A stretch of 64,000 bases of DNA from Camelus ferus (lineage: Eukaryota). The translations under genes and the position numbers were made by a program. Every line of letters begins with the position of its first letter. The first letter of the stretch is position 1. Under the pieces are notes generated by a model. That model was given only the letters and a program-made list of their open reading frames with translations. It had not been told where the DNA came from and did not search any database. Location: NCBI RefSeq assembly GCF_009834535.1, contig NC_045696.1:24988001-25052000 (forward strand), given 5' to 3'. Positions 1-13,090 of the stretch are shown piece by piece.

Positions 1-239
1 CAAAATTCAGTCCCTACCCTCACAGGCAAATGTGTGGGACAAAAGATTGGTCAAGCTGAAACACAGTTCAGATCCAGAAATTCAAGTTTCTGTCTAGTTC
101 AGTTGTCACTTAAACCATGTTGTGTTACTTGCCCACTTAAAACGTAAGAAAGCTATTCCTCCACCCATCCCTTGGGGGAATAGTGATAGACTAGTAAGTC
201 TGTTATGCTGGGACATAATTCAATAAACTTAAAATCGGA

Positions 240-800
240 TTGATATATGATAAAGGCAGTCTTTCAGAACAGTGGGAAAATGATAAAAGTATAAAATGTT
301 GTTGAAATAATTGGCTCTGTGTTGCTTAGTCACAAAAATTATAAGGCACCATTCATAAATATTAATTTCAGAGTAAGTATCAAGTAAATGTCTCAAAATA
401 TAAAGAAAAAACCCTAGAACCCTAGAAGCAAATGCCATTTATAATATTAGGGAGAAATTTATTTTCTAAGTATAGCCCTGACCAAAGACAGAATAAGGAA
501 CAGATTGATGGATTGGACTTCGTTAAAATAGAAAACTTTTATATTTCAAAAGTCACCACTAGTAGGTATAAAAAACAAGTTTCAAATCTGGAAAAAGTGT
601 TTGCAGTTCATTTGATATATCTGACATACAAATAGTTCCAACAGATCAATAAAAAAAGATTAGTAATCCAACAGAAAAAAATGGCAAGGTACGTTGGCCG
701 GAAACATCAAGAGCCTTATGTGAATAAATGTATCAGAGACTGTTGTTCATAATCAAAAAGCAAAAAATAATAGAGAAAATCATTTATATGTAGATGCTTA
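240..800 (+). mobile_element. Old L1 (L1ME-like) ORF2 3' fragment
   Basis: ORF 432-635 contains KEQIDGLDFVKIENFYISKVTTSRYKKQVSNLEKVFA, homologous to L1 ORF2 KIDKWDLIKLKSFCTAKETxxRVNRQPTEWEKIFA. A-rich sense strand. Confidence 0.75.
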
Positions 801-1499
801 TACTATTTTAACAAAATCACAGTGTGGATTTTCTCCTGTTATACATATACACCTATGCAGTTGTTTGCAGGTTCGTGTTTATGTAGTTGGTTTTCGGTTA
901 GTTCTTTTAAGCTTCTGCATTTTCAGTGGTGTATTCAAACCTCAGAACACCCTTTGCTGTTGAAAACAGCCTTTCAAATATACAATCAATCACACATCAC
1001 TTTCTCTAAATTTTATACAGGGGGATGGCCAAGATGCCTTATTAGAACCTAGATTTCAATGATTTGTTTATTGTTTTTAGTACTTCCTTCTCTGGGCTTA
1101 ACTGATTAAGGAAATTTTTTTTTTTAATAAATAAAGCTTTCTGATGTACTTTTTTTTTTTTTTAATTGTATAGAGCCTTTATTTCCTTAAGCATTTTGTT
1201 GCCTAAGTGTGATGAGTATCTGGCGGTGGAATTTAGTGGAACAGATGCTTATTGTGATATATGAGATGAACTTGCTTCCCTAAGCACACATAGGCATGAA
1301 ATGCATCTGGCTTCTCGACATAAAAGTCATTTGTGTTCTCAAATGTGTTTCTGTACATTACAGACTTCTAGGGGAGGAAGTGCTGCTGTTTCCTCAAATG
1401 GGGACTTTGCTTAATTATGAAGTTTAATTTAGGCTAGAAACCAGAAGACACTAAATTCTAGGCTGGAGACAGAGCCTGAGCTCTGTGATAGCACTAGTA

Positions 1500-1800
1500 T
1501 GGTAAGTCCTACAGAGAAAGCAACTTATGTGGGGGAAAATTGTATGCATAAAGCTAGGGAATGATGTAAAGCAGAGAATAAGTGTGTGAGCATGTGGAAT
1601 ACATAAGAAATAAAATCAAGTTCAGAGGAGAAAAATAAGAAGCTGGGAATAAGACACTAATGAAGGTAAGATTGAAAAAGACTCAATGTGAACAGTGATG
1701 AGAATGAAGGCATCTGCTAAGCTTGGGGAAACAGCATCCTGACAGGAAGGAAATTTGGCATGTGTGCATATTGACGGGGTATAAGGGACAGAAATCAGGC
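1500..1800 (-). mobile_element. L2 fragment
   Basis: Purine-rich segment with tgatgagaatgaaggcatctgctaagcttggggaaacagcatcctgacaggaaggaa, resembling the reverse complement of the L2 3' region. Confidence 0.55.
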
Positions 1801-2052
1801 GTAGTGACTATAGTCTCTTTTCCATTGTCAGGTAGCTTTGAATATTCCTTTTTTATTTTAAAAAGACTGTACTGTGTGTGATTTATTAACACGGACATGA
1901 GATTTTTTTTTTTCCTAGAATATACCAAAACTCAATCTACTAGCTAAAATATTTAAAAACAGTTTGTGATAGAAATCTTTATAAAATGTATCATTTCATT
2001 GCCAGAGTTAACAGTGCATTATACATAATTTTACCTTTCCCCAGTTTCTTCA

Positions 2053-2529
2053 TGTGGTGGGTAGAGTAATGGCCTTCCAAAGGTGTATGCGTCCTAACAT
2101 CCAGAACCTGTGAATATGTTACATTACATGGCAAGGAAGAGTTAAGGTTCTAGATGGAATTAATGGAAAGTTCTAATAATCTGACCTTAGAATAAGGAGA
2201 AGATCCTGATTTATCAGTCTCAGCTAGTGTAAGCACAAGGGAGCTTATGAGGGGGAGGCTGAAAAATCATGGAAGGAGATGAAATAACTGAAGCAGAGGT
2301 TGGAGTGATAAATTTTGTGTCGGGATCCAAGGAATATGCTTGAGCTTCAGAATGATTCTCACCTAGAGCCTCCAGAGCAAAACAAAACAAAAACAAGCTC
2401 TGAGAATGACTTCATTTTAGCCCTCTAAGACTGATTTTGGACTTCTGACCACCAGAACTTTAATAAAATAAACATCTGTTGTATCATTCTAGGCCACTGA
2501 GTTTATGGTTACAGCAGCAATAAGAAACT
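2053..2529 (+). mobile_element. MaLR solo LTR (MLT1D-like)
   Basis: Starts tgtggtgggtagagtaatggcc...ccagaacctgtgaatatgttacattacatggcaa. Ends ggacttctgaccaccagaact...aataaa...ccactgagtttatggttacagcagcaataagaaact. These are hallmark MLT1 motifs. Confidence 0.85.
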
Positions 2530-5507
2530 GGAATTTTTTTTTTTTTTCGGTAGATGGTGTATCAAATTGAGTTGGACGTGGCGAGAAGTAATTGAGAATG
2601 AATTTTCTTAAGAAAGTCCTTCATATCGGAACAATAAGAACAGTAGATAAACTGTAGAATAATGAGAACTGAAATGAAATGAACTATGTATGGAAGATGA
2701 TGTATACAAACACTATGTGGACTTAAAACAGGGGTGTCACTCGAAGACTAATCAAGTCATAAACATGTCCTCCTATTGTATGAGGCATGGATGTTGAATC
2801 AAAAATTGTGTTGGATAATCCATAATCTTTCTGGCACTATCATTAATAATTTTATTTCAAGAGTGTCATGATTCAGGATAATTGGACCAATATTCCCCAA
2901 AAGGGTTAGGGTTGTGAAAGCAACTTGAGTTACTTGAACTGAAGACCAGAATATGGGGCAACAGGATATGCCACTGATAGTCTGATTTCTACTGTCCATT
3001 CTAGTAATATATTCACCAACCATTTATGTGTGGAACATTATGTTCAGTAATGCAGACGTAGTCTAGTGGTGGAAACAGATGAAATATGTGACAGTAGTGA
3101 TAGAGAAACTTCTGGGAAGGAGCAAAGTGATACCTGACAGTTTTCCAGAGCAGCAGGATTAAAAGCAAATAAGATTATGAAAGGTTGAATTCACTCAAGA
3201 TCTCTAACTTGATAATCGGTCACTAAACTAAATTAGTCATATTTTCTTAAAACTAAAAAACTATTCCTTCTAATGAGAGTTTCCAAATATAGTATGCCTT
3301 TGGATTTGATTTTTAAAAAAAATCTTTTGTAAACTGAAACAAATCCGACAAATATGTTGATCATTAAGTCTGGAGGGAGTTCACACAGGGAGTGGAGGCT
3401 TTGATAGACAAGAAATAAAATTCTTAAAATAGCCTTGTGATGTGGAAAGTATCTGATTGAAATTATTAACACAATTTTATAACAGATTACCTCTATAAAG
3501 TTTTACAATTACTTTTTCTTTATTTTCTGAGTGATACTATTAGATTCATAAATTGAAATTATTTTTCAGTAATTTAACTTCCTCTAGAAGGTTTTCTTAC
3601 AAAATGTTTCCTAATTTCCCAAGTTGACTTTGTTAAAACCTTCTGTAAATAAAGCTAAATACAATTAATTCACCCTAGCACATTCTTACAAAAAACATAC
3701 CTTCTAGATTTGACCCACTCTAAAGTTCTTAAGGTGTTTATAAGGAATGATATGTTCTACAGTTTAAGGTATCTTGATTAATCTGATTAAATCTTGGCAG
3801 CAAATTGAATTCAGTAAAAGTAGCAGCAAAAAATCTCAGATCGTGATTTGAAATGTCTCCATCAAACATTTTAAAGCAATTTTTAAGTTCACTAATTTGA
3901 GTCATTATACTTGGCCCTAACAGTAGAAGGCCCTTAAAATGAAGCTGAATTGAACTTGGCAGATATTACAGACTAACTGTTTATAGTCACAATTCCTGCA
4001 TCTCATTAGGAAGATGATTATTTCCAGAATCCCAGTGCCTTGACCAGAAACGCATTTATTATTATCTAGCACTTTTATTGAGAAATTAGCCTGTTTTCTC
4101 ATTTGGGCAAGCTCTCTCAGATGGGATTCTAATTTTTGAGTGTAAATAAAACTTTAGGGCATTGGAGGCAGAATTGGAATAAAGAGAGAGGATCATTCTC
4201 CTCCACATTCCAAGTCAAGGCCCTCTAATGAGCTTATAACTATGAAACTGCTTGGTTTTAGATATGTTTAAATAGTAAATTATACATAATGTTGTTCAGG
4301 TATTTCCCCCTGAATTAGAAGGGAGTTAATTTTTATTCTGCATTTCTTGAAGTTGGGAAAGAGAAGTTAATGGGTCTTGTGGAATACTGCAGTCTAAAAA
4401 AAAGTTCTGTGTTATAAAATTTACTATCTAGCAGGATAAGTCTATTAAAATCAACATAAATGTAACCTGTGGGACAAGTGCATCCCCTTCAATTTACCAC
4501 AGACAAGAATTAATGTTAGGTTAGATAACTCTTACAAGGTCATTCACCCCGTTAATAACTGAGCCTAACAGGTTTCTTAACTTGAAGACTATTGCCCCTT
4601 AAACTAGCTCTTCCATGTAGAGTCATGAGTAATCACCAGCTAACACTAGCAGACAGAACAAAATGGATGTTGCACATAGAGTACAGAGCAAAGCAAAGCG
4701 TTGTTAGTCTATTCCCTTTTCCAAATCCACATGAACAAAGTGTCTTGTGGAATTTCCCAAATGCTATGATGGCTGCATATAGCAGAGAAATCAAAATACT
4801 GTGACATATAGAAACTCAGAATTACAGAAAGCAAGGGGCACATACTATATTGATTTAACATATTCTCATTTTTCTACTCACTGTAGCTGGCCCTGAAATA
4901 AAATGCTATGTTTGTCTTGTTTGGAGTCTACAGTTAATAGAAGATAGTACAATGGCTGAAGATCTACAGCAAACTCCAGTATACACATAACATACATGCA
5001 CATACACATGTGTGTGTATTTCATATACACGACACATATATACATATCACATGATTATATCACTTGTGATATATGTAAATATATATGCCATAATACCATA
5101 GTTTTTTCTAATTTCATGCTTTTTTTCTTTTTAAGTTAGCTCTGTCTAGGAAAAAACAGCAAGCTATTTTTATAGAAAGCAAGTGTACACCTATCCAATA
5201 GTATAAGCACTATGTCTGCCTATGTCTCCCTAAATAGATCTTTTATTTTAACAAGTATCTACTTCATCTTCACAAATTTAATTTGAGTCAGCGAACTCTC
5301 ATCCAGATACTATATCTTGGCCAAGCAATCTAGAGTTGAGCCTTAGATAGGTGACTTTCACTTCCTTTAAAGACTCTGCCAGCGCTGTCTTGTTTTTTGA
5401 TGTCGTGCCAGTGAGACAAGGATGACTTAGCTGAGCCAGCTTCCAAAGTTGGGCTCCTTATCTTTTTTTTTGTAGTCAATCTAACTTCTTTTATAAAAAG
5501 ATATTTT

Positions 5508-6389
5508 TTTTTATTTTCAGTGAACATTTTTCTTTTATTCTTTTTTTGATTGAAGTATAGACAGTTTACAATGTTACATCAATTCCTGGTGTACAGCATA
5601 ATAGTTCAGTCATACATACACATACATATTCCTTTTCATATTTTTCATTATAGGTTACTACAAGATATTGTGCTATACAGCAGAAACTTGTTGTTTATTT
5701 TATATATAGTAGTTAGTATCTGCAAATCTCAGACTCCCAATGTATCCCTTTCTACCTCCTTTCCCCCCTGATAACCATAAGTTTGTTTTCTATGTCTGTG
5801 AGTCTGTCTCTGTTTTGTAAATAAGTTCATTTGTGGTTTTTTTTTTTTTAAAGATATCACATATAAGTGATATCATATGGTATTTTTCTTTCTCTTTCTG
5901 GCTTACTTCACTTAGAATGATGATCTCCAGGTCCATCCATAGTGCTGCAAATGGAATTATTTTATTCTATTTATAGCTGAGTAATATTCCATTGTATAAA
6001 TATACCACAACTTCTTTATCTGTCATCTGTCAATGAACATTTTGGTTGTTTCCATCCATGACTTGGCCATTGTAAATAGTGCTGCTATGAATATTGGGGT
6101 GCATGTATCTTTTCAAATTAGTTCCCTCTGGATATATGCCCAGGAGTGGGATTGCTGGATCATATGTTAAGTCAGTTTTTAGTTTTTTAAGGAATCTCCA
6201 TACTGTTTTCCATAATGGCTGCACCAAACTACATTCCCACCAACAATGTAGGAGAATTTCCTTTTCTCCACACCCTCTCCAGCAGTTATTGTTCATGAAC
6301 TTTTGAATGATGGCCATTCTTACTGGTGTAAGGTGATACTTCATTATAGTTTTGATTTACATTTCTCTGACAATTAGCAATATTGAACA
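5508..6389 (-). mobile_element. 5'-truncated, relatively young cetartiodactyl/camelid L1 with 13-bp TSD
   Basis: Minus-strand ORF2 C-terminus (YHLTPVRMAII...[36 protein letters not shown]...[12 protein letters not shown]), then 3'UTR and A-rich tail. Perfect TSD AAAAAGATATTTT at 5495-5507 and 6390-6402, with a TT/AAAA endonuclease site on the minus strand. Confidence 0.95.
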
Positions 6390-6979
6390 AAAAAGATATT
6401 TTAATTTCTCAAAATCTCCATGCTTTCAGGTTATAGAATGATTTATTTACTTTGAATATAGCGTCAAAATGATCTACAACTGGTTGCCACATATGCACAC
6501 TCTGTTTGTGTGTGTATTTTAATGGACTAATACTGTTCATTATTGAATAAGATGAAGTAAATTTTGTAGTACAAAGAGAAGGTTAGGAAAACAAAGAATT
6601 ATCTGGTCTCGGAGATTTTGCAGAAGATTCTATGCCATTGGAATTGTACTACACCTTTGTGTTAAACTTAATTTTACATAGTGCTTACTGAGCTACTGGA
6701 AACTATAAAAGTATAAAAGTGACTGCTGCTAAGGTTCTGCATTGCCTCTTTAATTCTCTTAAAATGAAACTTAATTGACACCAAAGGAAGACTTTTCTGT
6801 AGTCTTCATAAATGGAGACTAGTCTTTTTCTCATTCTCCACATACTTTTCAACCGGAAGTTCTTCTTGTTCCCCATTGCAGCTTCCACGTTGCTGTTTGT
6901 AATCCTTCTTGCCAATCATACTCTTCCTTTGAAACACAAACCCTTTGGAAATAGTAGCCATGTTCTTTTTGTATTGTTG

Positions 6980-8540
6980 ACATCAATAGACCTCCTGCTC
7001 ATAACTGTCAGTTATGTAAGGCTTTAAATCCTTGCTCTAATCTTTAGCCAAGTCGTCTTGTCATTTTCAGTGACTTCAACGTCCATGTGGAAGGAACATC
7101 AAAATTCCCTGTTTTCTGTTTCTTGACATCCTTGTCTCCATTGTATTTTTTCCCCTCTGCTTCAGTTACCCCTCCCATGGCCAAATCTGAGGTTGTTTCT
7201 ATAACATTGTATGTACTCCCAAGATCTTGATGGCAAATTATCTTCTGGGATCATTCCTCTTCTAGCTCATTTGCTCAATTATCCTACAATTATGCCTACC
7301 ATTCTTCATCTTCATTGACACTCACCCTAGGCCACAGCTTTTGCTGTTCCCTCATAATCTGTCAATATTCTCCTGTTTTCAATTTCCATATTTTAAATTT
7401 TAGATGTTATGGTTTAGCTTTAACACTCTCTTGCTAATATCCTGAGTTCTGTTCCCCCACCATTAATAGAGCAATTTTTATTTCTATTCCCCTACCCAAA
7501 CTTTAAATATTGTTATTTCTTTGGGCTCCATGGGCTCCATCCTAATCACTCTTCTCTCTCTCTACATACTGTCTCTAAGCTCTCAACACCATTTCTATAC
7601 TTAAAGAGCTGGTGATTTCTAGTTTTAGAGTCTGGCTCAGACCTTTCCTCTGAGAGTCCATGCCTCCCTTGACCCAGTACATGGATCATTCAGAGAAAAC
7701 ATGAACTTATAGGTCATTTTTGTGTCTTCCTTCTATATTCCCACCATATCCAATCCAACATTCATTAAAAAATATTTTGGCTCCAAATATATTTAGAATT
7801 TTTGCATTTATTTTTTCTAATGTCCAGTCCAGTCAGATCCATATCTTGTCTTACCTAATCCATTATCTAGCCTCATCATTAGTCTACTTAATTTCATTCT
7901 TAACTCCCTATACTCTATTTGCTACATAGAGACCCAAGAATAGATAGAAACCCAAGTGATAGTGTTCTCTTAAAATGTCTATCAGTTCATACCTCTCTGT
8001 ACTTTTCAGTGTACTTGGACTAAAGCCTACAGTTTTTGCCATTACCAATGAAGTCCTGTATAGTTTCACATCTTCTTATCTTTCAGTCACATCTCATCAG
8101 TATTTCCTCCCTGGTTTACTCAAACCAGATTCATAGTTTCAGTTCCTTGTGTCTGCCAACACTGTCTTCCTATCAGGGTCCTTAAATATTCTGGTTTCTC
8201 TAGACTCTTTCCCACAGTATGCAAGGCTAACTCTTGTTATTCTCAGGTCTAAGCTTAAACATTATCACTTGAAAAAAGTGGTTAAAGTCAATTCTTTGAT
8301 GTTTCCCCCAACACCCTTGTTGTATATTCAGTTCCTTGTTTAATTTTGTATGTGAACACATTTTGTAATGTAATCATTTTGTAATGATTTCTTCTCTTTG
8401 TTTAAGTGGATGTCTGCACCAGGCTTCCTCTCTAGAATTCAAGCCCTTAGAGTCCAGGGACCCTGGCTTTCTTGTTCACTACTGTAGCTCAGTAACTAGT
8501 GTAATATCCGACACATATTTGATGAGCAGATTAACTAGAT
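6980..8540 (+). mobile_element. Long degraded L2 (endonuclease remnant through 3' end)
   Basis: agtgacttcaacgtccatgtggaa = SDFNVHVE (GDFN endonuclease motif). Pyrimidine-rich body, with L2 3' end motif ctagaattcaagcccttagagtccagggaccctggctttcttgttcactactgta. Confidence 0.75.
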
Positions 8541-9019
8541 CCAGTGGTGTCCATAGTCTACTCACTTCTGTATTTTCCAAGGCTGAAAGTCTTCTCACCC
8601 TATTTTAACAAAAGAGATAGGGTGAGGAAATCTGGTCTGGGAATGGCTCATCTGTAAGTCTGCTTGAGAGGATATCAGGAAACACATGAATGGTTTTATG
8701 TTACTTCAGTAATTCCACAAATTTGAGGAGGATAAATCGCTCTTCCTCTCTGGAGAGACTTTAGACTCTATGGTTCCCTTGAACTCTCAAATATTAGGGT
8801 GATGACTGCTAAACTTGTTGTTTAGGTCTCTTACTCATATTAATTTAAAATTTTACATAAATGACTGGTCATATTTTATGTCATATTTCACTATAAAATT
8901 AGTCACTATGATTAGTAAGGTTGTAGATTTCTATAAGATCTATTTATCAATAATTTTTAAGTGTCATGGTATCGACTAGCTATCCTAATTTTATGATTAA
9001 AAATAACCACTTGGAAGAT

Positions 9020-9160
9020 TTATTACAATTCCTGTTCCAAGGCCTCATCTCCAGGCATTCTGATGCAACGTGTCCACAGTGATGCCTATGCCTATTCATT
9101 GTACCAGGCATCCTGGATTATTCTGAAGCAGAATGTTTATGGACCACACTTTAGGAGAGA
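9020..9160. mobile_element. hAT-Charlie MITE fragment (MER5-like)
   Basis: ggcctcatctccaggcattctgatgca...ggattattctgaagcag...ggaccacacttt resembles MER5 internal and terminal motifs. Confidence 0.55.
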
Positions 9161-10089
9161 AGTACATGTTATGTTACATTTGAGATGTTTGCTTTTTTTT
9201 TTTTTTAAATAATACCAATTGGCAAATGATGTATCTGTGTTCCCTGAACTAAGAACAAAGTAGTTTTACTGCTTGATAGCTTACAGGAATTTTAGAGATG
9301 TTTTATTTGTCACATACTGTAGAGACTGTGAATTAATTTGTCAAAGATATTAAACAAGGTCAACATCCCAAGTGCCTTTTCATTGTCTGGGCTCTTTATT
9401 CTAAAGCATGGTGGCCTAGAAATAATATTTTCAGTCTCCATGTTTTACCTTGTTGAAAAGATAAAGAAATATAAATGTTTTAGTGTATTGTGTCTGTGTA
9501 TATAATTTATATAAGTTCTATTATTAATTTGGATTATATAGGACTTTGACTGTCACCATTGCATGTCAGGTATAGCTTGGACTGAGATAGATCCTACCTG
9601 TGAGAATTTACTAATGTCAGAAAGACTCCTTTTAAAAATGGCTCCATGGCATCTAGACCAAGGACAACGTTAAAATGAGGCTCCAATATATATCTTAATC
9701 TAAGTTCTTACTGAATGTAAGTCATGTGCTGGCTTCTAATGAAAATTTCCCATTGAAGAAAATCAATGTTAATAACTGGAACTCAAGAGCTGTAATGGGC
9801 TCTGCTGTTTTTCTGGCTTAGATTGTGTTCCTATAATATGCTGAGAAGAGGAATTGATGACCTGTAAGCTATGGTCACTTCCTGATCCCATTTGATTCTT
9901 TGGTCTTTAGTTTTAAAAGGGTGATCGGAAAGGTTGTTTTATACTAGAGAACTTGAGCAAAAGAGGCATCAACCTGGAGGCTCACTGGCACATGCTCACT
10001 TCAATAAAGAAACCTATTGCTGGGAGAAAGACTTGCAAGGAAACTTTTTCTCTCCCAGAAAAGAATTTTCTTTAAAGAAGTGGCTGTTT

Positions 10090-10110
10090 AAAAAAAAAAA
10101 AAAAAAAAAA
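10090..10110. repeat. Poly(A) tract (A21)
   Basis: Directly visible homopolymer. Confidence 0.95.
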
Positions 10111-11591
10111 GGTATACTAGAAGCTGACAAGAGACACTCTCTATAGATCACAATGAGATAGCGAATCTGAAGGCATTACCTGCCTGGTTGCAGAAATAGA
10201 TTTTTCTATGAGTCAGACAACTTTATATATACATACAGCCTAGGCTGGTTGGTTGGGCCTGCTGGCTAGGGAAGAAGGGAATATCTAGAAGACCCACATG
10301 ACAAGTGGAATGACTAGGAGAGGTCAGAAGAACTTTTTGAAGTTAGCTGCAGATACAACCCAGATCTGGCCTGTAAGGGAAGTGGCTCTAACACCTGGAT
10401 GCTTCCACTTGCACTGATGGTACGTGTTTTACAGCCTGACAGTAAAACTGAAGAGCCCTAGCAAGCACCTTTAGATACAAAGCAACCTCACACCAGGTGG
10501 TATGACTGTGGTCTCCGTCTGACAGAGCAACATTCTGGAGATAGTCCTTAGAGTCACTGTCTCATAATGCTGTTTGCTCCAAAATCTTTGCATAACCTAA
10601 CTTTTAGCAAATTGAAAAAGAATAGCAAACCAAATTTTGCTATTATGTATGTCAGGATATAATACACCATACATTCTTTAGGTTTGTTTTCTTTGGTGAA
10701 CTTCAACATTAAAAGAGCAGGATGAGCACGATTGAGTGGAGGTGTGTTTATATAGTCAATACCAATCTGAAGTCCTGTGTTCTGCTGTGCTCACTGAATA
10801 TAAAACTTCTTATATGAACAATAAAGGACAATGGATCCAACTATCCATGTTTTAGAACTTATTCCAGTCTTTAAAGAGTAACGGGTACATGTAAAATTTC
10901 ATTAAATAAAGTAGATATTTCTCCCTTGGTTTTGATTCTCATATGCATGAAAAGAGTGTTCCAAAAAAAGATTTAAAGACGTACGTTGCATATCTTTTTG
11001 GTAAATAATAACTTTATTTTCTAGTTCATCTAGCATACCCCTTTCCAGTTTTTTGTTTTTCTTTCATAAGGATAAAAAAAGGATGGATTTTTATCTTCCA
11101 CGAGCACAATTAATTGATATATAAGTTTCATAGAAAGTTATGATTTTCATATTTATAGAAGGGAAGGAACAGGATATAGAAAATACATCATAGAAACTTG
11201 GATTTTGTGAAATATTAGTTTTCCATAAACATCAAATTGGAGAGGAAGGTTACATTTTCTTTTGATTATAATAACAATTTGAAAGCCATCTGTTCTTTAA
11301 AATTTTACTGAAATATATAATGGAACTGGTGTTTTATATGCCAATCCTTCCTGAAGAGTATTTTAAGATTTTTCAAATACTGCCTCAACTCTCTAAAAAG
11401 TAAGAACAAAACACCATTTAAAGTGAGTATTGTGCACAGGTTAGCAGAAGTTAAGGAAACAATAAATAAAAATGAATTGCAAATGTAATCCATTGAGGGG
11501 TGATTTAAATGTGAATTTTGACATTATTGGTGCCAGATAAAAATGGTTACATGGTAATTACAAAGGAACAAAGATCTATCATTTAATGGTT

Positions 11592-11596
<5 letters not shown>

Positions 11597-11625
<29 letters not shown>
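11597..11625. repeat. (TG)14 microsatellite
   Basis: Directly visible perfect dinucleotide run. Confidence 0.97.
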
Positions 11626-11628
<3 letters not shown>

Positions 11629-12044
11629 TGTGTACACACATATACAGACATTATGGATATGTACCACTAAGGCCGGTCTTTGACAACACCTTCCTACCCT
11701 GCTCCCTGCCCCCTAAACAAATCATCAGGCATCGCCATTGCTCTTTTACAATATTGCTCATTTTATTCTTCAATATAAAATTATTAGTAATGCTAAAGAG
11801 TATTGGGATGGTGTTGAGATTTACCCTGGACAGCCTCTTTATTCTGGAAAGCATTGCTGTTTTTAGGGATTAACTGTGATAGTTGAGTTATCTTACGTTT
11901 TAATGATTTTCAGTTTGAAGATGTTTAATTGGAATAAGTACACGAGGTTCTTTATGTAAGCTATCTCTTTTTCCTCTTCTCGGCACCCTTTTTGGAATGA
12001 TTACTGGACTATAGTTGGGAGATCTAGGGCAAAATCCCTGCTTA

Positions 12045-12255
12045 GTGACGCCTAGCTCAGAGCACAGGCTCTGAAGTCATCCTGCCTTGGCTCAGGTCAC
12101 ATCAGCACCTACCTATCACGTGACGTGGGAATTGTGTGGCTTTTCTCTAAGCCTCTGTTTACTCAGCCATGAAACGGTGATTGTGAAAGTGCTTATTTTA
12201 TAGGATTTGTGTGAGAATGAAATGGGACTGGGAATGTAAGGCATTTAGGATAGTA
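12045..12255 (+). mobile_element. MIR SINE
   Basis: agagcacaggctctgaagtca...ctctaagcctctgtttactcagccatgaaacggtgattgtgaaagtgcttattttataggatttgtgtgagaatgaaatg matches the MIR core. Confidence 0.85.
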
Positions 12256-12779
12256 AAACAACTTGGGAAAACTAATTTTCAAGATATATTTATCAATACT
12301 GAGACTCTCATCGTGTTCATCCTTCTGCTGTTACATGTGAGCATGGAAATGTCATTCCAACCTTCTTAGCCTGTTTACCAATTCAAAAGGATTAGATGGT
12401 TCTACATTTTCCTTTAGCTTTGACACTCTGCGTCTGAAATAGAATAATGCAAAGTGAATAATTAAATCCTCTTTGCTTGATGTAGAAGAAAGAGAGGAAA
12501 AAAAGTTCTGGATGCCTAGATTCCCTTCCAAGTTTACTAGAATAATGATTATGTAGCATTTTGAATACAGAATTTATTCAGGAAATCATTAAATTCACTT
12601 TCCATAGCTCCATATTTTGTTAACTGCAGAAACATTGGAACTTAGGGGTAATCTCTGAAGATTGCTCTTAATAACTATATAAACTGTAATCTTACAATTT
12701 CTTAACTTTGGAAAGTGTTTATCATTCTAATGACTTATGTTATACTATATATGTAAATGTAAAATAGTTAAAATTATAG

Positions 12780-13090
12780 TTTTACATATGTTTACATATA
12801 AAAGATATAGTATATATTGAACCTGTCACTTTGCAACTTGCTATTGGTTGTTTAAATTTTTATTTTGACATTGATCCATTTTGGTACAAATGACTTATTT
12901 ATTTAGCTACTATACATCATTCAACTGTATGAATAAATAATATCCCTTTGGGCATTCAAGCATTTTCACTTTTTAGTATTAAAACAGTGTCATAATGAAC
13001 ATTCAAGTATATTTTATCATTGCATACATATATAATTTCCTATGGTTTATATACCTAGAATTACAAATGTGGATTCTATAATTAATTTTA
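12780..13090 (-). mobile_element. Old L1 (L1ME-like) 3' fragment
   Basis: actttgcaacttgct...gatccatt...cattcaactgtatgaata...aaacagtgtcataatgaacattc...tatatacctagaa resembles the antisense L1ME ORF2 end and 3'UTR. Confidence 0.65.

Noticed and set aside
4975..5090. Quasi-palindromic TA/CA-rich stretch
   Set aside because: Self-complementarity is expected from decayed alternating purine-pyrimidine microsatellite sequence.
5330..5527. Minus-strand 65-aa ORF with protein-like composition
   Set aside because: Starts in an L1 poly(A) tail, with no recognisable homology or splice-site support.
6030..6344. 104-aa minus-strand ORF resembling a real protein
   Set aside because: It is the L1 ORF2 C-terminal fragment inside a 5'-truncated L1, not a host gene.
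11824..11868. Hairpin CCCT-GGACAGC...GCTGTTT-AGGG (snoRNA/miRNA-like?)
   Set aside because: Short, bulged and G-U dependent; no H/ACA or C/D boxes at proper positions that I can identify.
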